A stretch of 64,000 bases of DNA, from the NCBI GenBank assembly GCA_977020255.1, contig CDROCS010000253.1, positions 2,914,001 through 2,978,000 on the forward strand. The letters run 5' to 3'. The notes under the pieces were generated by a model. It made no database searches. It was not told the DNA's origin and was given only the letters and a program-made list of their open reading frames with translations. The position numbers and the translations under genes were made by a program. This document shows positions 39,482-50,324 of the stretch, piece after piece. The stretch is from Obrimoposthia wandeli. Its lineage: Eukaryota. Every line of letters begins with the position of its first letter. Within the stretch, counting starts at the first letter, position 1.

Positions 39482-40486
39482 CTAAGCTACAGCAACTTGG
39501 GTTAAAATATGATCAAGTACTTGATTGGCAGTAATACCTTCAGCTTCTGCTTGATAGCTTAGTAAAATTCTATGTCTAAGGGCATTATGGAAAACAGCTT
39601 GAATATCTTCAGGGCTGACAAAATCACGATTATGCAACCAAGCACGCGCTCGGGCACAGCGATCTAAAGCAATAGTGGCACGGGGACTAGCGCCATAGGC
39701 AAGCCAGGTCGCTAACTTATCATCATATTTTTCAGGTTGACGGGTTGCCATAATCAAATCAACGATATAATTCTCTAAGGAAGGCGCCATATGTATATTT
39801 AGTACTTGTGCACGTGCAGAAAAAATTTCACTTTGACTTAAAGTGCGTAAACTATTTTCTTTGGTAGAGGTTTCTTTTTTAGCTGTTGTTTTATCACCAT
39901 GATTAGCATTTGATTTTAATGCTTCACCACGGTTTAGTTTTAGTATTGCTAATTCACTTGCCGCATCAGGGTAGCCAATTTCGATATGCATCAAAAAACG
40001 GTCTAATTGTGCTTCAGGCAGCGGGTAAGTGCCTTCTTGCTCAATGGGGTTTTGTGTTGCCATGACTAAAAACAGCTCAGGTAAGTCATATGTTTTACGA
40101 CCAACGGTTATCTGTCCTTCAGCCATCGCTTCTAACAAAGCCGACTGTACTTTGGCTGGCGCGCGGTTGATTTCATCGGCAAGCACTAAGTTTTGAAACA
40201 AAGGACCGGGTTGAAAGACAAAGGTGCCATCTTCTGGGCGATAAATATCGGTACCGGTTAAATCTGCGGGTAACAAATCAGGGGTAAACTGAATTCGATG
40301 GAAATCTGCCTCTAATCCTTGCGCTAACGCATTAACGGCACGTGTTTTTGCTAAACCTGGCGGTCCTTCAACAATTAAGTGACCATTAGCGAGTAGGGCA
40401 ATAAGCAAATTCTCAACTAACGCTTCTTGACCAATGATTTGTGAAGATAAATGTTGTTTTAACGTAGAAAAATGTTCAATTGCCAT
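39482..40486 (-). CDS. moxR: MoxR family AAA+ ATPase
   Basis: GPPGLAKT, RIQFTPDLLPAD, ADEINRAPAKVQSALLEAM, YPLPEAQLDRF. Confidence 0.96.
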   Translation of the reverse strand: MAIEHFSTLKQHLSSQIIGQEALVENLLIALLANGHLIVEGPPGLAKTRAVNALAQGLEADFHRIQFTPDLLPADLTGTDIYRPEDGTFVFQPGPLFQNLVLADEINRAPAKVQSALLEAMAEGQITVGRKTYDLPELFLVMATQNPIEQEGTYPLPEAQLDRFLMHIEIGYPDAASELAILKLNRGEALKSNANHGDKTTAKKETSTKENSLRTLSQSEIFSARAQVLNIHMAPSLENYIVDLIMATRQPEKYDDKLATWLAYGASPRATIALDRCARARAWLHNRDFVSPEDIQAVFHNALRHRILLSYQAEAEGITANQVLDHILTQVAVA

Positions 40487-40596
40487 ACGGATAAATTCTT
40501 TTAATATTGGTCGTTGTAAGATAAAGCTTAGTGATAACTTGGTCTTACATTCGTCTAGGAATGTATTTTTATCTAACCGTTAAACTAAGGGATAAG

Positions 40597-40866
40597 TTAG
40601 GGTCTGTTGATCTTTCGCGGTTAAATTTTGTTCGAGATAAAAGCGTTTTAATCGCGGCGAGTAGTGTGTAGCCTAGTCACTCTAAGCAAATACTACTCAA
40701 CAAAGAGTAAAGCGCTTTTAGCCGAATCCTTCGGACAGCGTTTGTTGGTCATTTTTACGGCGTTATCGCCTTTTTATGTGGAACAACCACATGACAAAGG
40801 CTCTGCCTTGTATAAATACCCAACAAATGGCTGCAAAAACAACCTCAAAAGTTCAACAGACCCTAA
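40597..40866. mobile_element. MITE, 270 bp, TTAGGGTCTGTTGA-type ends
   Basis: TTAGGGTCTGTTGATCTTT / AAAGTTCAACAGACCCTAA terminal IR (1 mismatch); two internal hairpin modules. Confidence 0.8.
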
Positions 40867-41037
40867 TATAAATTAAACTAGTATTTTATATAAGGTTTTT
40901 ATGAAAGAAAACAAGTGAATAGTAACAAAGTTTTAACATAAATTTATAGTAATAAAACGTGAAAAATTGTCATTAGGCTTTTTTGATCTCAGGTAATGAT
41001 TGAATTTTTCCGAGAGTTAGTTAGAATCAAGTTAGTT

Positions 41038-41058
41038 TCAAGAGGTCGGACCTCTTGA
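41038..41058. promoter_or_regulatory. FadR-type operator upstream of fadIJ
   Basis: Perfect palindrome TCAAGAGGTC-G-GACCTCTTGA with the GGTC-N-GACC core of FadR sites, just downstream of a TAGAAT -10-like hexamer. Confidence 0.7.
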
Positions 41059-41094
41059 GTTTACATTAAAAATACTGAGTGTGTGGAGTAATAA

Positions 41095-42402
41095 ATGACA
41101 ATAAAAAGACTAACAACGTCAACGGGTGAGCGCATAGCAATCGTTGCTGGCTTGCGTACTCCGTTTGCTAAACAAGCAACGGCTTTTCATGGTGTACCAG
41201 CGGTTGACTTGGGTAAAATCGTTGTTAACGAATTATTGCAGAAACACGATATTGATCCGGCGATAATTGATCAACTTGTCTTTGGTCAAGTTGTACAAAT
41301 GCCAGAAGCGCCAAACATTGCTCGTGAAATCGTGTTGGGTACCGGAATGAATACCAGTACCGATGCTTACAGTGTGTCTCGCGCCTGTGCTACTAGTTTT
41401 CAATCAACGGTTAATGTTGCTGAATCTATTATGGCTGGCCACGTCGATGTCGGTATTGCTGGTGGCGCTGATTCATCATCAGTAGCACCGATAGGTGTTT
41501 CTAAAAAACTCGCTCGCACCTTAGTTGATCTCACCAAAGCAAGATCATTAGGACAAAGACTTTCATTACTTAGTCGCCTCGGTTTAAAAGATTTATTACC
41601 TGTTTCTCCCGCCGTTGCTGAATACTCTACGGGTATTTCTATGGGCCAAACGGCAGAGCAAATGGCGAAAACCTATCAAATATCGCGTCAAGATCAAGAT
41701 GCTTTAGCACATAGATCACACACTTTAGCGACACAAAGTTGGCAACAAGGTAAATTAGCGGGTGAAGTCATGACGGTTCATTCGGAACCTTACAAAAACT
41801 TTATTGATAAAGATAACTGTATTCGTGAAAACTCAGTTTTAGAAAGTTATGCTAAATTAAAACCCGTATTTGATCGTAAACACGGTACGGTTACCGCAGC
41901 AACAAGTACGCCGCTAACTGATGGTGGTGCTGCTATTTTATTAATGCGTGAAGGCCGAGCGAAAGAGCTAGGTTATAAACCATTAGGTTATATTCGTAGT
42001 TTTGGTTTTGCGGCTATTGATGTATGGCAAGATATGCTGATGGGCCCAAGTTATGCCACGCCAATTGCCTTGCAACGTGCAGGTATGAACTTAGCAGACT
42101 TAGATTTAATTGAAATGCACGAAGCGTTCGCCGCTCAAGCATTAGCGAATATGAAAATGTTTGCTAGTAGAAAATTTGCCCAAGAACAACTTGGCAGAGA
42201 TAAAGCCATTGGTGACATTGATATGGATAAATTTAATGTTATGGGCGGCTCGCTAGCCTACGGACATCCATTCGCTGCAACGGGCGCTAGACTTATCACC
42301 CAAACGCTTAATGAATTAAACCGTCGTGGTGGTGGTGTTGGTTTAACAACGGCTTGTGCTGCAGGCGGTTTAGGCGCAGCAATGATTGTGGAGACAGACT
42401 AA
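41095..42402 (+). CDS. fadI: 3-ketoacyl-CoA thiolase FadI
   Basis: [42 protein letters not shown]. Confidence 0.96.
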   Translation: MTIKRLTTSTGERIAIVAGLRTPFAKQATAFHGVPAVDLGKIVVNELLQKHDIDPAIIDQLVFGQVVQMPEAPNIAREIVLGTGMNTSTDAYSVSRACATSFQSTVNVAESIMAGHVDVGIAGGADSSSVAPIGVSKKLARTLVDLTKARSLGQRLSLLSRLGLKDLLPVSPAVAEYSTGISMGQTAEQMAKTYQISRQDQDALAHRSHTLATQSWQQGKLAGEVMTVHSEPYKNFIDKDNCIRENSVLESYAKLKPVFDRKHGTVTAATSTPLTDGGAAILLMREGRAKELGYKPLGYIRSFGFAAIDVWQDMLMGPSYATPIALQRAGMNLADLDLIEMHEAFAAQALANMKMFASRKFAQEQLGRDKAIGDIDMDKFNVMGGSLAYGHPFAATGARLITQTLNELNRRGGGVGLTTACAAGGLGAAMIVETD

Positions 42403-44684
42403 TGACTGAAAAAATAAATTCAAATAATAGTGAGCAGGTTGCTGTGGATATTGAAAACAGCGATGTCGCTGACGGAAAAGCTACTGATAATGCCTCTCCA
42501 GCAACATCAACGGACAGTGCTTTTACTATAGTTCGCCATGATAATGGTATTGCTCATTTAGTGATTGATGTTATTGGTGAAAATGTTAATACCCTTAAAG
42601 CTGAGTTTACTGAACAAGTTAATGCCGTATTAGCTGAAATTAAAGCCGATAAATTGATTAGTGGTATTGTGCTGTGTAGTGGTAAAAAGGGTTCTTTTGT
42701 TGCTGGCGCTGACATTAATATGCTTGATGCTTGTCAAAGTCGTGAAGAAGTTGTTGCTTTATCTCGACAAGGCCAGCGAATATTCTCTCTGCTAGAACAA
42801 TTTCCTATTCCTATTGTGGCGGCTATTGATGGCGCGTGTTTAGGTGGTGGTTTAGAGTTGGCTATGGCATGCCATGCGAGAGTTTGTAGCGATAATAGTA
42901 AAACAGCGCTGGGTTTACCTGAAGTACAGCTAGGCTTATTGCCCGGTAGTGGTGGCACTCAGCGTTTACCTAAGTTGGTTGGCTTACAAAAAGCCTTAGA
43001 CATGATGCTTACAGGTAAACAATTACGGGCTAAACAAGCACTGAAGTCGGGTTTAGTTGATGATGTGGTGCCAAGCAGTGTATTGCTTAACGTTGCAGAG
43101 CAACTGGCAATATCGTTGCGTCAACGCGGTAAAAAATCTACTAAGGTTAAGCAAGCCTTAATGGATAAATTGTTAGAAAATAATGCGGTTGGTCGTAAAG
43201 TTGTCTACCAACAAGCGCAAAAAACTGTGTTAGCAAAAACTCAAGGTAATTATCCAGCACCCGCTAAAATCATTGATTGTATTCGTACGGGTATCGAATT
43301 TTCGTCTGAAAAGGGCTATAAATTAGAAGCAGAGCATTTCGCCGATTTGGTGATGAGTGATGAATCTGCGCAACTACGCCAGCTGTTTTTTGCTACAACG
43401 GCAATGAAAAAAGAGCAGGGCGTTGCTGATGTCATGCCAGAAAAAATGACAAAAGCCGGTGTTTTAGGCGGTGGTTTAATGGGCGGCGGTATTGCGTTTG
43501 TCACAGCCACTAAAGCGAATATGCCAGTACGCGTTAAGGATATTAACCACAAAGGTATTGGCCAAGCATTAAAATACAGCTATCAAATACTGAATAAAAA
43601 AGTTAAACGTCGCTTTTTACTCAATAGCGAAATGCAAAAACAGTTAGCAATGATCACCGGTAGTGTGAACTACACCGGTTTTAAAGCCCTTGATATTGTA
43701 ATTGAAGCGGTTTTTGAAGATTTAAGTTTGAAACAAAACATGGTGGCTGAAGTAGAAGAGCACGCACATGATAAAACTATTTTTGCCAGTAATACCTCCA
43801 GTTTATCGATAGGAAAAATTGCCGCTAAAGCAAAACGCCCTGAAAATGTTATTGGGCTACATTACTTTTCGCCGGTTGATAAAATGCCGTTAGTGGAAAT
43901 AATTCCTCATGATAAAACCTCAGATCAAACGATTTCAAATACGGTAGCTTTTGCTAAAAAACAGGGCAAAACCCCTATTGTTGTTAAAGATAAAGCCGGT
44001 TTTTATGTTAATCGTATTTTGACGCCTTATATGAATGAAGCCGCTATTTTACTTCTTGATGGCGAGCCTATTGATAAAATTGATAAAGCGCTGGTTAAAT
44101 TTGGTTTCCCTGTTGGGCCTATGCAACTGCTTGATGAAGTGGGCATTGACGTTGGTGCTAAAATTAGTCCAATCTTACAAGCTGAGCTTGGTGAGCGTTT
44201 TGCAGCGCCTGCGGCTTTTAATAAATTACTCGCGGATGGCCGTTTAGGTAAAAAAGTACAAAAAGGTTTTTATCAGTACCAAAAGAATAGCTTAACTAAA
44301 ACCTTACAAAATAGCCTTAAGGGTATTAAGTCGGGACAAAAAAAAGTAGATGAGACCATCTATAGCTTATTAAATATTAAGCCTATGGGAAGTTTATCAG
44401 CAGCAGAGATTAGCAAACGTTGTACTTACATGATGCTAAATGAAGCTGCACGCTGTGTTGATGAAGGCATAGTACGTAATGCTAGAGATGGTGATATTGG
44501 TGCTATCTTCGGTATTGGTTTCCCACCCTTTTTAGGTGGACCGTTGCGCTATATTGATAAAATTGGTGCTAAGTCAGTGGTTGCCCAATTAAGTCAATGG
44601 GCAGAGCAGCATGGTGAACGTTATACGCCATGCGAAGCTTTAGTGACTATGGCTGAGAATGATGAGGTTTACTACCCTAAATAA
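42402..44684 (+). CDS. fadJ: Fatty acid oxidation complex subunit alpha FadJ
   Basis: FVAGADI, GGGLELA, PEVQLGLLPGSGGTQRLP, GGGLMGGG, FASNTSSL; ATG overlaps the fadI stop. Confidence 0.96.
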   Translation: MTEKINSNNSEQVAVDIENSDVADGKATDNASPATSTDSAFTIVRHDNGIAHLVIDVIGENVNTLKAEFTEQVNAVLAEIKADKLISGIVLCSGKKGSFVAGADINMLDACQSREEVVALSRQGQRIFSLLEQFPIPIVAAIDGACLGGGLELAMACHARVCSDNSKTALGLPEVQLGLLPGSGGTQRLPKLVGLQKALDMMLTGKQLRAKQALKSGLVDDVVPSSVLLNVAEQLAISLRQRGKKSTKVKQALMDKLLENNAVGRKVVYQQAQKTVLAKTQGNYPAPAKIIDCIRTGIEFSSEKGYKLEAEHFADLVMSDESAQLRQLFFATTAMKKEQGVADVMPEKMTKAGVLGGGLMGGGIAFVTATKANMPVRVKDINHKGIGQALKYSYQILNKKVKRRFLLNSEMQKQLAMITGSVNYTGFKALDIVIEAVFEDLSLKQNMVAEVEEHAHDKTIFASNTSSLSIGKIAAKAKRPENVIGLHYFSPVDKMPLVEIIPHDKTSDQTISNTVAFAKKQGKTPIVVKDKAGFYVNRILTPYMNEAAILLLDGEPIDKIDKALVKFGFPVGPMQLLDEVGIDVGAKISPILQAELGERFAAPAAFNKLLADGRLGKKVQKGFYQYQKNSLTKTLQNSLKGIKSGQKKVDETIYSLLNIKPMGSLSAAEISKRCTYMMLNEAARCVDEGIVRNARDGDIGAIFGIGFPPFLGGPLRYIDKIGAKSVVAQLSQWAEQHGERYTPCEALVTMAENDEVYYPK

Positions 44685-44706
44685 GATCGTATAGTAATAA
44701 ACAAGT

Positions 44707-44761
44707 AAAGGGCTGTTGAGACTCTTTGAACCTAACCGTTCTTTTAGCCTCAACAGCCTTT
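44707..44761. terminator. Inverted repeat/terminator between fadJ and the M16 gene
   Basis: AAAGGGCTGTTGAG-N28-CTCAACAGCCTTT followed by a T-run. Confidence 0.6.
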
Positions 44762-44778
44762 TTTATTGTCTTTAATAT

Positions 44779-47586
44779 TTAATACTTTAGCGGACTCGCT
44801 TTAATAAATGCTTCAATATCTGTAATTATTTCACCACTGGGTTGTTGTGCCTGTGCTAGCAAATCACTTTGTGAATATAAAATAAATCGGTCAGGCTGAC
44901 ACGCATTGACTAAGCTGCTTTTTACAAATGTTTTTACCTGCGCTAGCGTTAAGTTTAAAACTGCCGCCAGTAAATTTTCTTTTTGCGTAAACTCCTCATC
45001 TTTATTACAAATTGCTGCCCAAAAACGTTGGCTTTTAATACGTAAGTTGTGATCTTTTTCTTGTAATTGACTCGCTAAACCTTGCAGTAAATGTTGCCAT
45101 TGCTCAGTGCCAATATCATCAAGCACGCTAACACTGTCGCTGATAAATTCATCCATAGCTTGCGCTAACGTGAAAGCATCACAATGAGGTGACTGGATAT
45201 AAAAAGCGATACCAGGGTAACTATTAATAGGCACATAACCGACGCCTACTAAATAGCCGTATTGTTTTTCTGTGCGCATTTTTTGAAAAAATAATGGCGA
45301 TAATATATGGCTAGTGATCATAGCAAGTGCTACGGAGTTATCGTCTTTATGCTCAAACGGTGTATAGATAACACAAGCATGATCGTGCTCAGGTAAGCTA
45401 ATAGGAAGTAATACCGTTTCTTTGCTTGCCATATCTGTTACAGGACACAGCATGGCATATTTTTCGTTAACATTACCTTGAAAAGTTTGCTCAATGCTCT
45501 CGCATAATTGCAACGCATGCTCCATCAGCCAATTGCCGTGAATGAGCACTTCTAATGTCACTTGTTGAAATAGTTGTGTAGTAAAACGCTTATATTGACT
45601 AAAGCTTATCTGATTAAGTGCTTGTGCTAATGCTTTGCTGGCAGGATTATTGGGTTGCATAACAGAACTTAGGGTCGCGAATAACTGTGAAATTGATTTA
45701 CTTTTTTCATTGTTGTGCCAATGTTTAACCAACTGTTGCTTGAACAAATTAAAGTGATCTTCAGTTACCTGATGGCTCTTTAATCGTTTTAACAATTTAT
45801 TTAATAACAAATGTTGGTTTTCACTATATCCGGATAGTTGTACCGTTACGCCGCCTTGATGGGCATATAAGTGATAATGTATGCCAGCCAATTCTGCTTC
45901 GTAATTCTCTTCAATTACTGTATCGGTATATAAATCGACAAATAAACGCGTCATGGCAATATTCGCGACATTAGCCACAACAAAAGGAGAATCAATACCT
46001 ATATATAAGTAACCTTTAGGGACTTTAAAAGTCTGATCTTGTTTATACCAGGCAACTAGCCCATTTTTATTAATGATTTTCTCAGGAAGTAGTGCTATTT
46101 CCGGCGTAGCTGCTTGATGTTTATCACTGTGATAAATTTTGGGATCTTCAACAATATAAGGATTTTGATCAGGTAAATACAAACCTTGGATGTGTGCCTT
46201 ATCCGTTAGCTCAATACCGCGCCAGTGAACTAATTGTTGTTCAGAAATAGGCGCTACATGGTAAGGAACTTGGTACCAAAAGCTATTCTTGGAAAAACTA
46301 TTTTGCTGGCTAACATGCATGAGTCGCATATTATCTACCTGTAAATAGCTGAGTAATTTGCTGATGTTGACTCTAGACATTCCTGACATCACATAATCAC
46401 CAAAAATATAATCTTCTTCTGGGTAATATTGCATATTGATGACTAGTTGACTAACACTGTCGAGTGGTCGCATTTTTTCATGATAAATAAAAGCCAGATT
46501 ACTAATCTTTTGTTTTTCTTGATAATAATGTTCTGCTATTTCGGTATTTTTGAGCAGAGCAATATAAGTAAATACTATATCGACTACCTCATTAATATGC
46601 TCTTCACCTAATTCAGTTAAGGCAATACTTACATTAAAGTCTTTAAAATTAGAGCCGTTAATACCTGAGCCAGCTGTTAGTGCTAAAGCCCACTGATGTT
46701 TTTTCAGTAATGATAAAACACTGCCTTCACCTTCATGGCCTAATAAATAAGCAATAATCGACTCAGGTTTATCTAGATAATATTGATCAATGCTTTCCAT
46801 GGCAAAACTGATAATAAGCTGATGATCAGTTTTAACAGGGCAGACATCGATTTTAATTTTTTGATGGTCAGGTAAGTATAAAGGCTGCTCAATTTTAGGC
46901 AGTGGCGAGTCAGCTGACTTTATTGGACTAAAAAGCTGCTCAGCGAGACTGTTAAGCTCGTCTAGGTTTTGCGGTCCTTCAAGTGCTAACGTCATGTGAT
47001 CTGCGCGATAATATTGTTGAAAAAATTCTTGTACTTCTTGGCTTATATTTTGTCCATCTCGATCCGCTAAAGTATCTAGGTTACCAACAGAAAACTGAGA
47101 AAAAGGATGTTTAGGGTTAATGGTGTCTTTGTGAACATCGTATAAGCGCCTGATATCATCTTTTAATTTTAAAGTGAACTCAGCATCAATATTCTCACGT
47201 TCTTTAACGACAAAATCATCAGCGAGCAAGGGGGCAATAAAGAACTCACTAAAGCGCTCTAATGCAGACGAAAAGTGTGTTGCGGTAATATCGAAGAAAA
47301 AACAGGTATGTTCTGTGCCCGTCCAAGCATTATGATTACCGCCATGTTGGCTAATAAATTTTTGATATTCACTGCCATCCGGAAAATTTTTTGTCCCTAA
47401 AAATAACATGTGCTCTAAAAAGTGCGCTAAACCTTGCCTGTCATTGGGATCATTAAAGTGACCGACATTAACAGCCAAAGCCGCTGCCGATTTAGCTGTT
47501 TCATTGTTATGAATAAGCAATACGCGTAAACCATTGTTTAGAGTAATTGCTTGATATTGTTTTGAATCATTCGGACTTTGCTTCAA
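44779..47586 (-). CDS. M16A insulinase/pitrilysin-family zinc protease
   Basis: GLAHFLEHMLFLGT (inverted HxxEH), NAWTGTEHT, LGHEG; start TTG 47586 or GTG 47589 after AGGAG. Confidence 0.93.
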   Translation of the reverse strand: MKQSPNDSKQYQAITLNNGLRVLLIHNNETAKSAAALAVNVGHFNDPNDRQGLAHFLEHMLFLGTKNFPDGSEYQKFISQHGGNHNAWTGTEHTCFFFDITATHFSSALERFSEFFIAPLLADDFVVKERENIDAEFTLKLKDDIRRLYDVHKDTINPKHPFSQFSVGNLDTLADRDGQNISQEVQEFFQQYYRADHMTLALEGPQNLDELNSLAEQLFSPIKSADSPLPKIEQPLYLPDHQKIKIDVCPVKTDHQLIISFAMESIDQYYLDKPESIIAYLLGHEGEGSVLSLLKKHQWALALTAGSGINGSNFKDFNVSIALTELGEEHINEVVDIVFTYIALLKNTEIAEHYYQEKQKISNLAFIYHEKMRPLDSVSQLVINMQYYPEEDYIFGDYVMSGMSRVNISKLLSYLQVDNMRLMHVSQQNSFSKNSFWYQVPYHVAPISEQQLVHWRGIELTDKAHIQGLYLPDQNPYIVEDPKIYHSDKHQAATPEIALLPEKIINKNGLVAWYKQDQTFKVPKGYLYIGIDSPFVVANVANIAMTRLFVDLYTDTVIEENYEAELAGIHYHLYAHQGGVTVQLSGYSENQHLLLNKLLKRLKSHQVTEDHFNLFKQQLVKHWHNNEKSKSISQLFATLSSVMQPNNPASKALAQALNQISFSQYKRFTTQLFQQVTLEVLIHGNWLMEHALQLCESIEQTFQGNVNEKYAMLCPVTDMASKETVLLPISLPEHDHACVIYTPFEHKDDNSVALAMITSHILSPLFFQKMRTEKQYGYLVGVGYVPINSYPGIAFYIQSPHCDAFTLAQAMDEFISDSVSVLDDIGTEQWQHLLQGLASQLQEKDHNLRIKSQRFWAAICNKDEEFTQKENLLAAVLNLTLAQVKTFVKSSLVNACQPDRFILYSQSDLLAQAQQPSGEIITDIEAFIKASPLKY

Positions 47587-47873
47587 CACTAAGGCTCCTA
47601 AGAACACTTTAAACGACAAAAAACGACAAAGCGTATGTTGAGAATATGAATAGTTTTTAATTTAACAGGGAGATAAAGAAAATCCTTAATTACTTAAAAG
47701 AATAAAAAAATCCTATTTATTCTTAACTGTTGTTATTAATACGCGTGTAATTCTATTACTATAGCCGCAAAAATAACTTAGACTCAATACTTTAGCCGAT
47801 AAAATGTGTAAAAAAGCTAAAAATTGAAATATTCCGCTATGGTAATCTATATACATAGTCGTCGAGAGAATTA

Positions 47874-48404
47874 ATGCAACTTTATATAATGCGCCATGGC
47901 GAAGCTCAAAATTTTGTTGAGCAGGGCAGTCGTGATGACAGCCAAAGAGCGCTAACCGCAGAAGGTAAAACTGAAGCGAAAATGATGGGGAATTGGTTGA
48001 AAAAAATGAAGATAAATCCTACGCAAGTCTTTGTTAGCCCTTATATTAGAGCCCAACAAACCTGTGCGATAGCAACTTCGTTGATGCAGACAACTATTAC
48101 CACGTTAGATTTTATTACGCCTTCAGGCGACGCTAAACAGGTACATGACTTTATTGATGGTTGGTGTAGTGAACAATTAGCAACGTTAACTCTGCAAAAT
48201 TCAGGTAAGCAAGTATCAGATCAACAAGAAATAAGCTTGTTGATAATCTCCCACATGCCTTTAGTTAGTTACTTAGTAGCGCAATTAACACAATCGGGTA
48301 ATGCCCCTATTTTTGCTACGGCAGGTATTGCTCAGATTGATTATGATATTGAGAAAATGCAAGGGTCTTTGCAACGTCTCGTTTCACCGATAGAGCTGTG
48401 TTAA
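47874..48404 (+). CDS. sixA: Phosphohistidine phosphatase SixA
   Basis: MRHGEA, SPYIRAQQT, SHMPLVSYL. Confidence 0.93.
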   Translation: MQLYIMRHGEAQNFVEQGSRDDSQRALTAEGKTEAKMMGNWLKKMKINPTQVFVSPYIRAQQTCAIATSLMQTTITTLDFITPSGDAKQVHDFIDGWCSEQLATLTLQNSGKQVSDQQEISLLIISHMPLVSYLVAQLTQSGNAPIFATAGIAQIDYDIEKMQGSLQRLVSPIELC

Positions 48405-48414
48405 TACTTAGCTC

Positions 48415-49131
48415 TTAATTCCGGTTATATTTATCTTTTAATTCGATTAACGCCAAGATAGCACCATTGCCGCCCCACTCTAAGGGTGCTTGATGAAATG
48501 CCATGACATCGGGATGTTGTACCAACCAATGCGGAACTTTATTTTTTAAAATGTGTGAGCCTATGCCATGAACAACGCATATACACTGGGCGTGTTCTTT
48601 TTGGCAGGCAAAGAGCAAGGCAGCCAACTCTTTCTTCGCTTGATGTTGGTCTAAACCATGTAAATCAAGAATGAGATCGGGTCGATAATAGCCGCGGCGA
48701 AGGTTTTTGACTTCAAAGCTGTCAACACCCTCTCGAACATATTTCATCGGACCTTGTTTATTTAAGTTAGGTTCAAATTCATCAGAAAAATGAAATTGCG
48801 CGATGGCCTTATTTGCCTTGTTATACTCTTGGTCATTTTTTAGGGAAGTGTTAGACTTGTGGCCACTTTTAATTAAGCGAACTGTGTCGACGACCAACGG
48901 CTTAACTTGACCGACAGCATCGGCAAAAAGTTGCTTTTCATCAGGCAATACTTCTTTAATTGACTCATTAGTTTTTTGTAATGATTCATCAGTCTTTTTT
49001 TGCTGACTCTTGCTTTGCGCGCTTGCTGCAATATTCGCGCGAACTTTGGCTTTAATTGCAGAAAGTTCGGATTTTAGGGCTCTGTTTTTCATCAATGCAG
49101 TGTAAAACATTTTAGTGCCAATACATAACAA
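48415..49131 (-). CDS. smrB: Smr-domain endonuclease SmrB (YfcN); true start may be further downstream
   Basis: [28 protein letters not shown]; divergent from prmB. Confidence 0.9.
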   Translation of the reverse strand: MLCIGTKMFYTALMKNRALKSELSAIKAKVRANIAASAQSKSQQKKTDESLQKTNESIKEVLPDEKQLFADAVGQVKPLVVDTVRLIKSGHKSNTSLKNDQEYNKANKAIAQFHFSDEFEPNLNKQGPMKYVREGVDSFEVKNLRRGYYRPDLILDLHGLDQHQAKKELAALLFACQKEHAQCICVVHGIGSHILKNKVPHWLVQHPDVMAFHQAPLEWGGNGAILALIELKDKYNRN

Positions 49132-49244
49132 TTAATACTGTTAAGTCACTAACGTAACAGACAAACAGAGCTCCACAGTTAAGCTGTACAATTAAGCTTC
49201 AAGTTTGTGCAGCAAAATATAAGAATACTTTTGAGGAAGAGAAT

Positions 49245-50189
49245 GTGAGCAATACCAACATTGAAAACATAACAGCGCAATTACACACGATTGCTGATTT
49301 TTGTCGTTATGGGGCCAGTATATTTAATCAAGCAGAACTTTTTTATGGTCATGGCAATGACAATGCGTTAAATGAGGCACTTACCTTGGTGATGTTCGCC
49401 TTATCCTTACCCGAGGAAATGAGCGAAGACGTAATGACTTGTCGCTTAGTTGACTACGAGAAGCAACATATTCTAGCACTTTTTGAGCAACGCATTGAAA
49501 CACAGCAACCTGTTGCCTATATCACCAACCTTGCTTATTTTGCCCAGTTACCTTTTTATGTGGATGAACGTGTTTTAGTCCCTCGCTCACCTATTGGTGA
49601 ATTGATTGAAAAACACTTTGCTCCTTATTTTAGTGAGCAAAATCCACCGCAACGAATTTTAGACTTGTGTACCGGTAGTGGTTGTATTGCCATTGCCTGC
49701 GCGAGTTATTTTCCTGATGCTGAAGTTGATGCGGTTGATTTATCGCTCGATGCGTTAAATGTTGCGGAAATGAATATTGAAAACCATGGTTTAAGTGAAC
49801 AAGTTATTCCAATTCAATCTGATGTTTTTTCTGGGGTTGTATCGCAAAAATATGATTTAATTGTCACTAACCCGCCTTACGTTGATCAAGAAGACATGGC
49901 TAGCTTACCGGCGGAATTTACCCATGAACCCGAAATGGGCTTAGGCTGTGGTGAAGACGGTTTAGATATTGTTAGAATTATCTTGGCAGAGAGTGCTTTG
50001 CACCTCAATGATGGTGGCGTACTCATTTGTGAAGTGGGTAACTCACAATATCATGTTGAAGCTCTCTACCCAGAAGTAGACTTTACTTGGTTAACCTTTG
50101 AGCGCGGTGGTCATGGTGTCTTTATGCTAAATAAAGCGCAGTTAGAGCAGCATGCAGAAACATTTTTAGCTGCACTTAAAACAGCATAA
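49245..50189 (+). CDS. prmB: Ribosomal protein L3 N5-glutamine methyltransferase
   Basis: YGHGNDNA, VLVPRSPI, LDLCTGSGCIA, NPPYVD. Confidence 0.96.
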   Translation: MSNTNIENITAQLHTIADFCRYGASIFNQAELFYGHGNDNALNEALTLVMFALSLPEEMSEDVMTCRLVDYEKQHILALFEQRIETQQPVAYITNLAYFAQLPFYVDERVLVPRSPIGELIEKHFAPYFSEQNPPQRILDLCTGSGCIAIACASYFPDAEVDAVDLSLDALNVAEMNIENHGLSEQVIPIQSDVFSGVVSQKYDLIVTNPPYVDQEDMASLPAEFTHEPEMGLGCGEDGLDIVRIILAESALHLNDGGVLICEVGNSQYHVEALYPEVDFTWLTFERGGHGVFMLNKAQLEQHAETFLAALKTA

Positions 50190-50324
50190 AGGTAAATTAG
50201 CAGCTATCTAAGTCGACAGTTCAAAAAATGGACAGTGACAAATAGATAGTACAAAAAATGGCGAATACTAAAAATAAAGCGTATTCGTCGCTTTAAAAAT
50301 TAAATTAATAGGCGGTAATGTTCA

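Noticed and set aside
40664-40876. 70-aa ORF in the moxR-fadI gap
   Set aside because: Almost entirely inside the 270-bp MITE.
47611-47630. AAACGACAAA x2 tandem upstream of the M16 gene
   Set aside because: Two copies of an A-rich 10-mer; most likely a slippage duplication.
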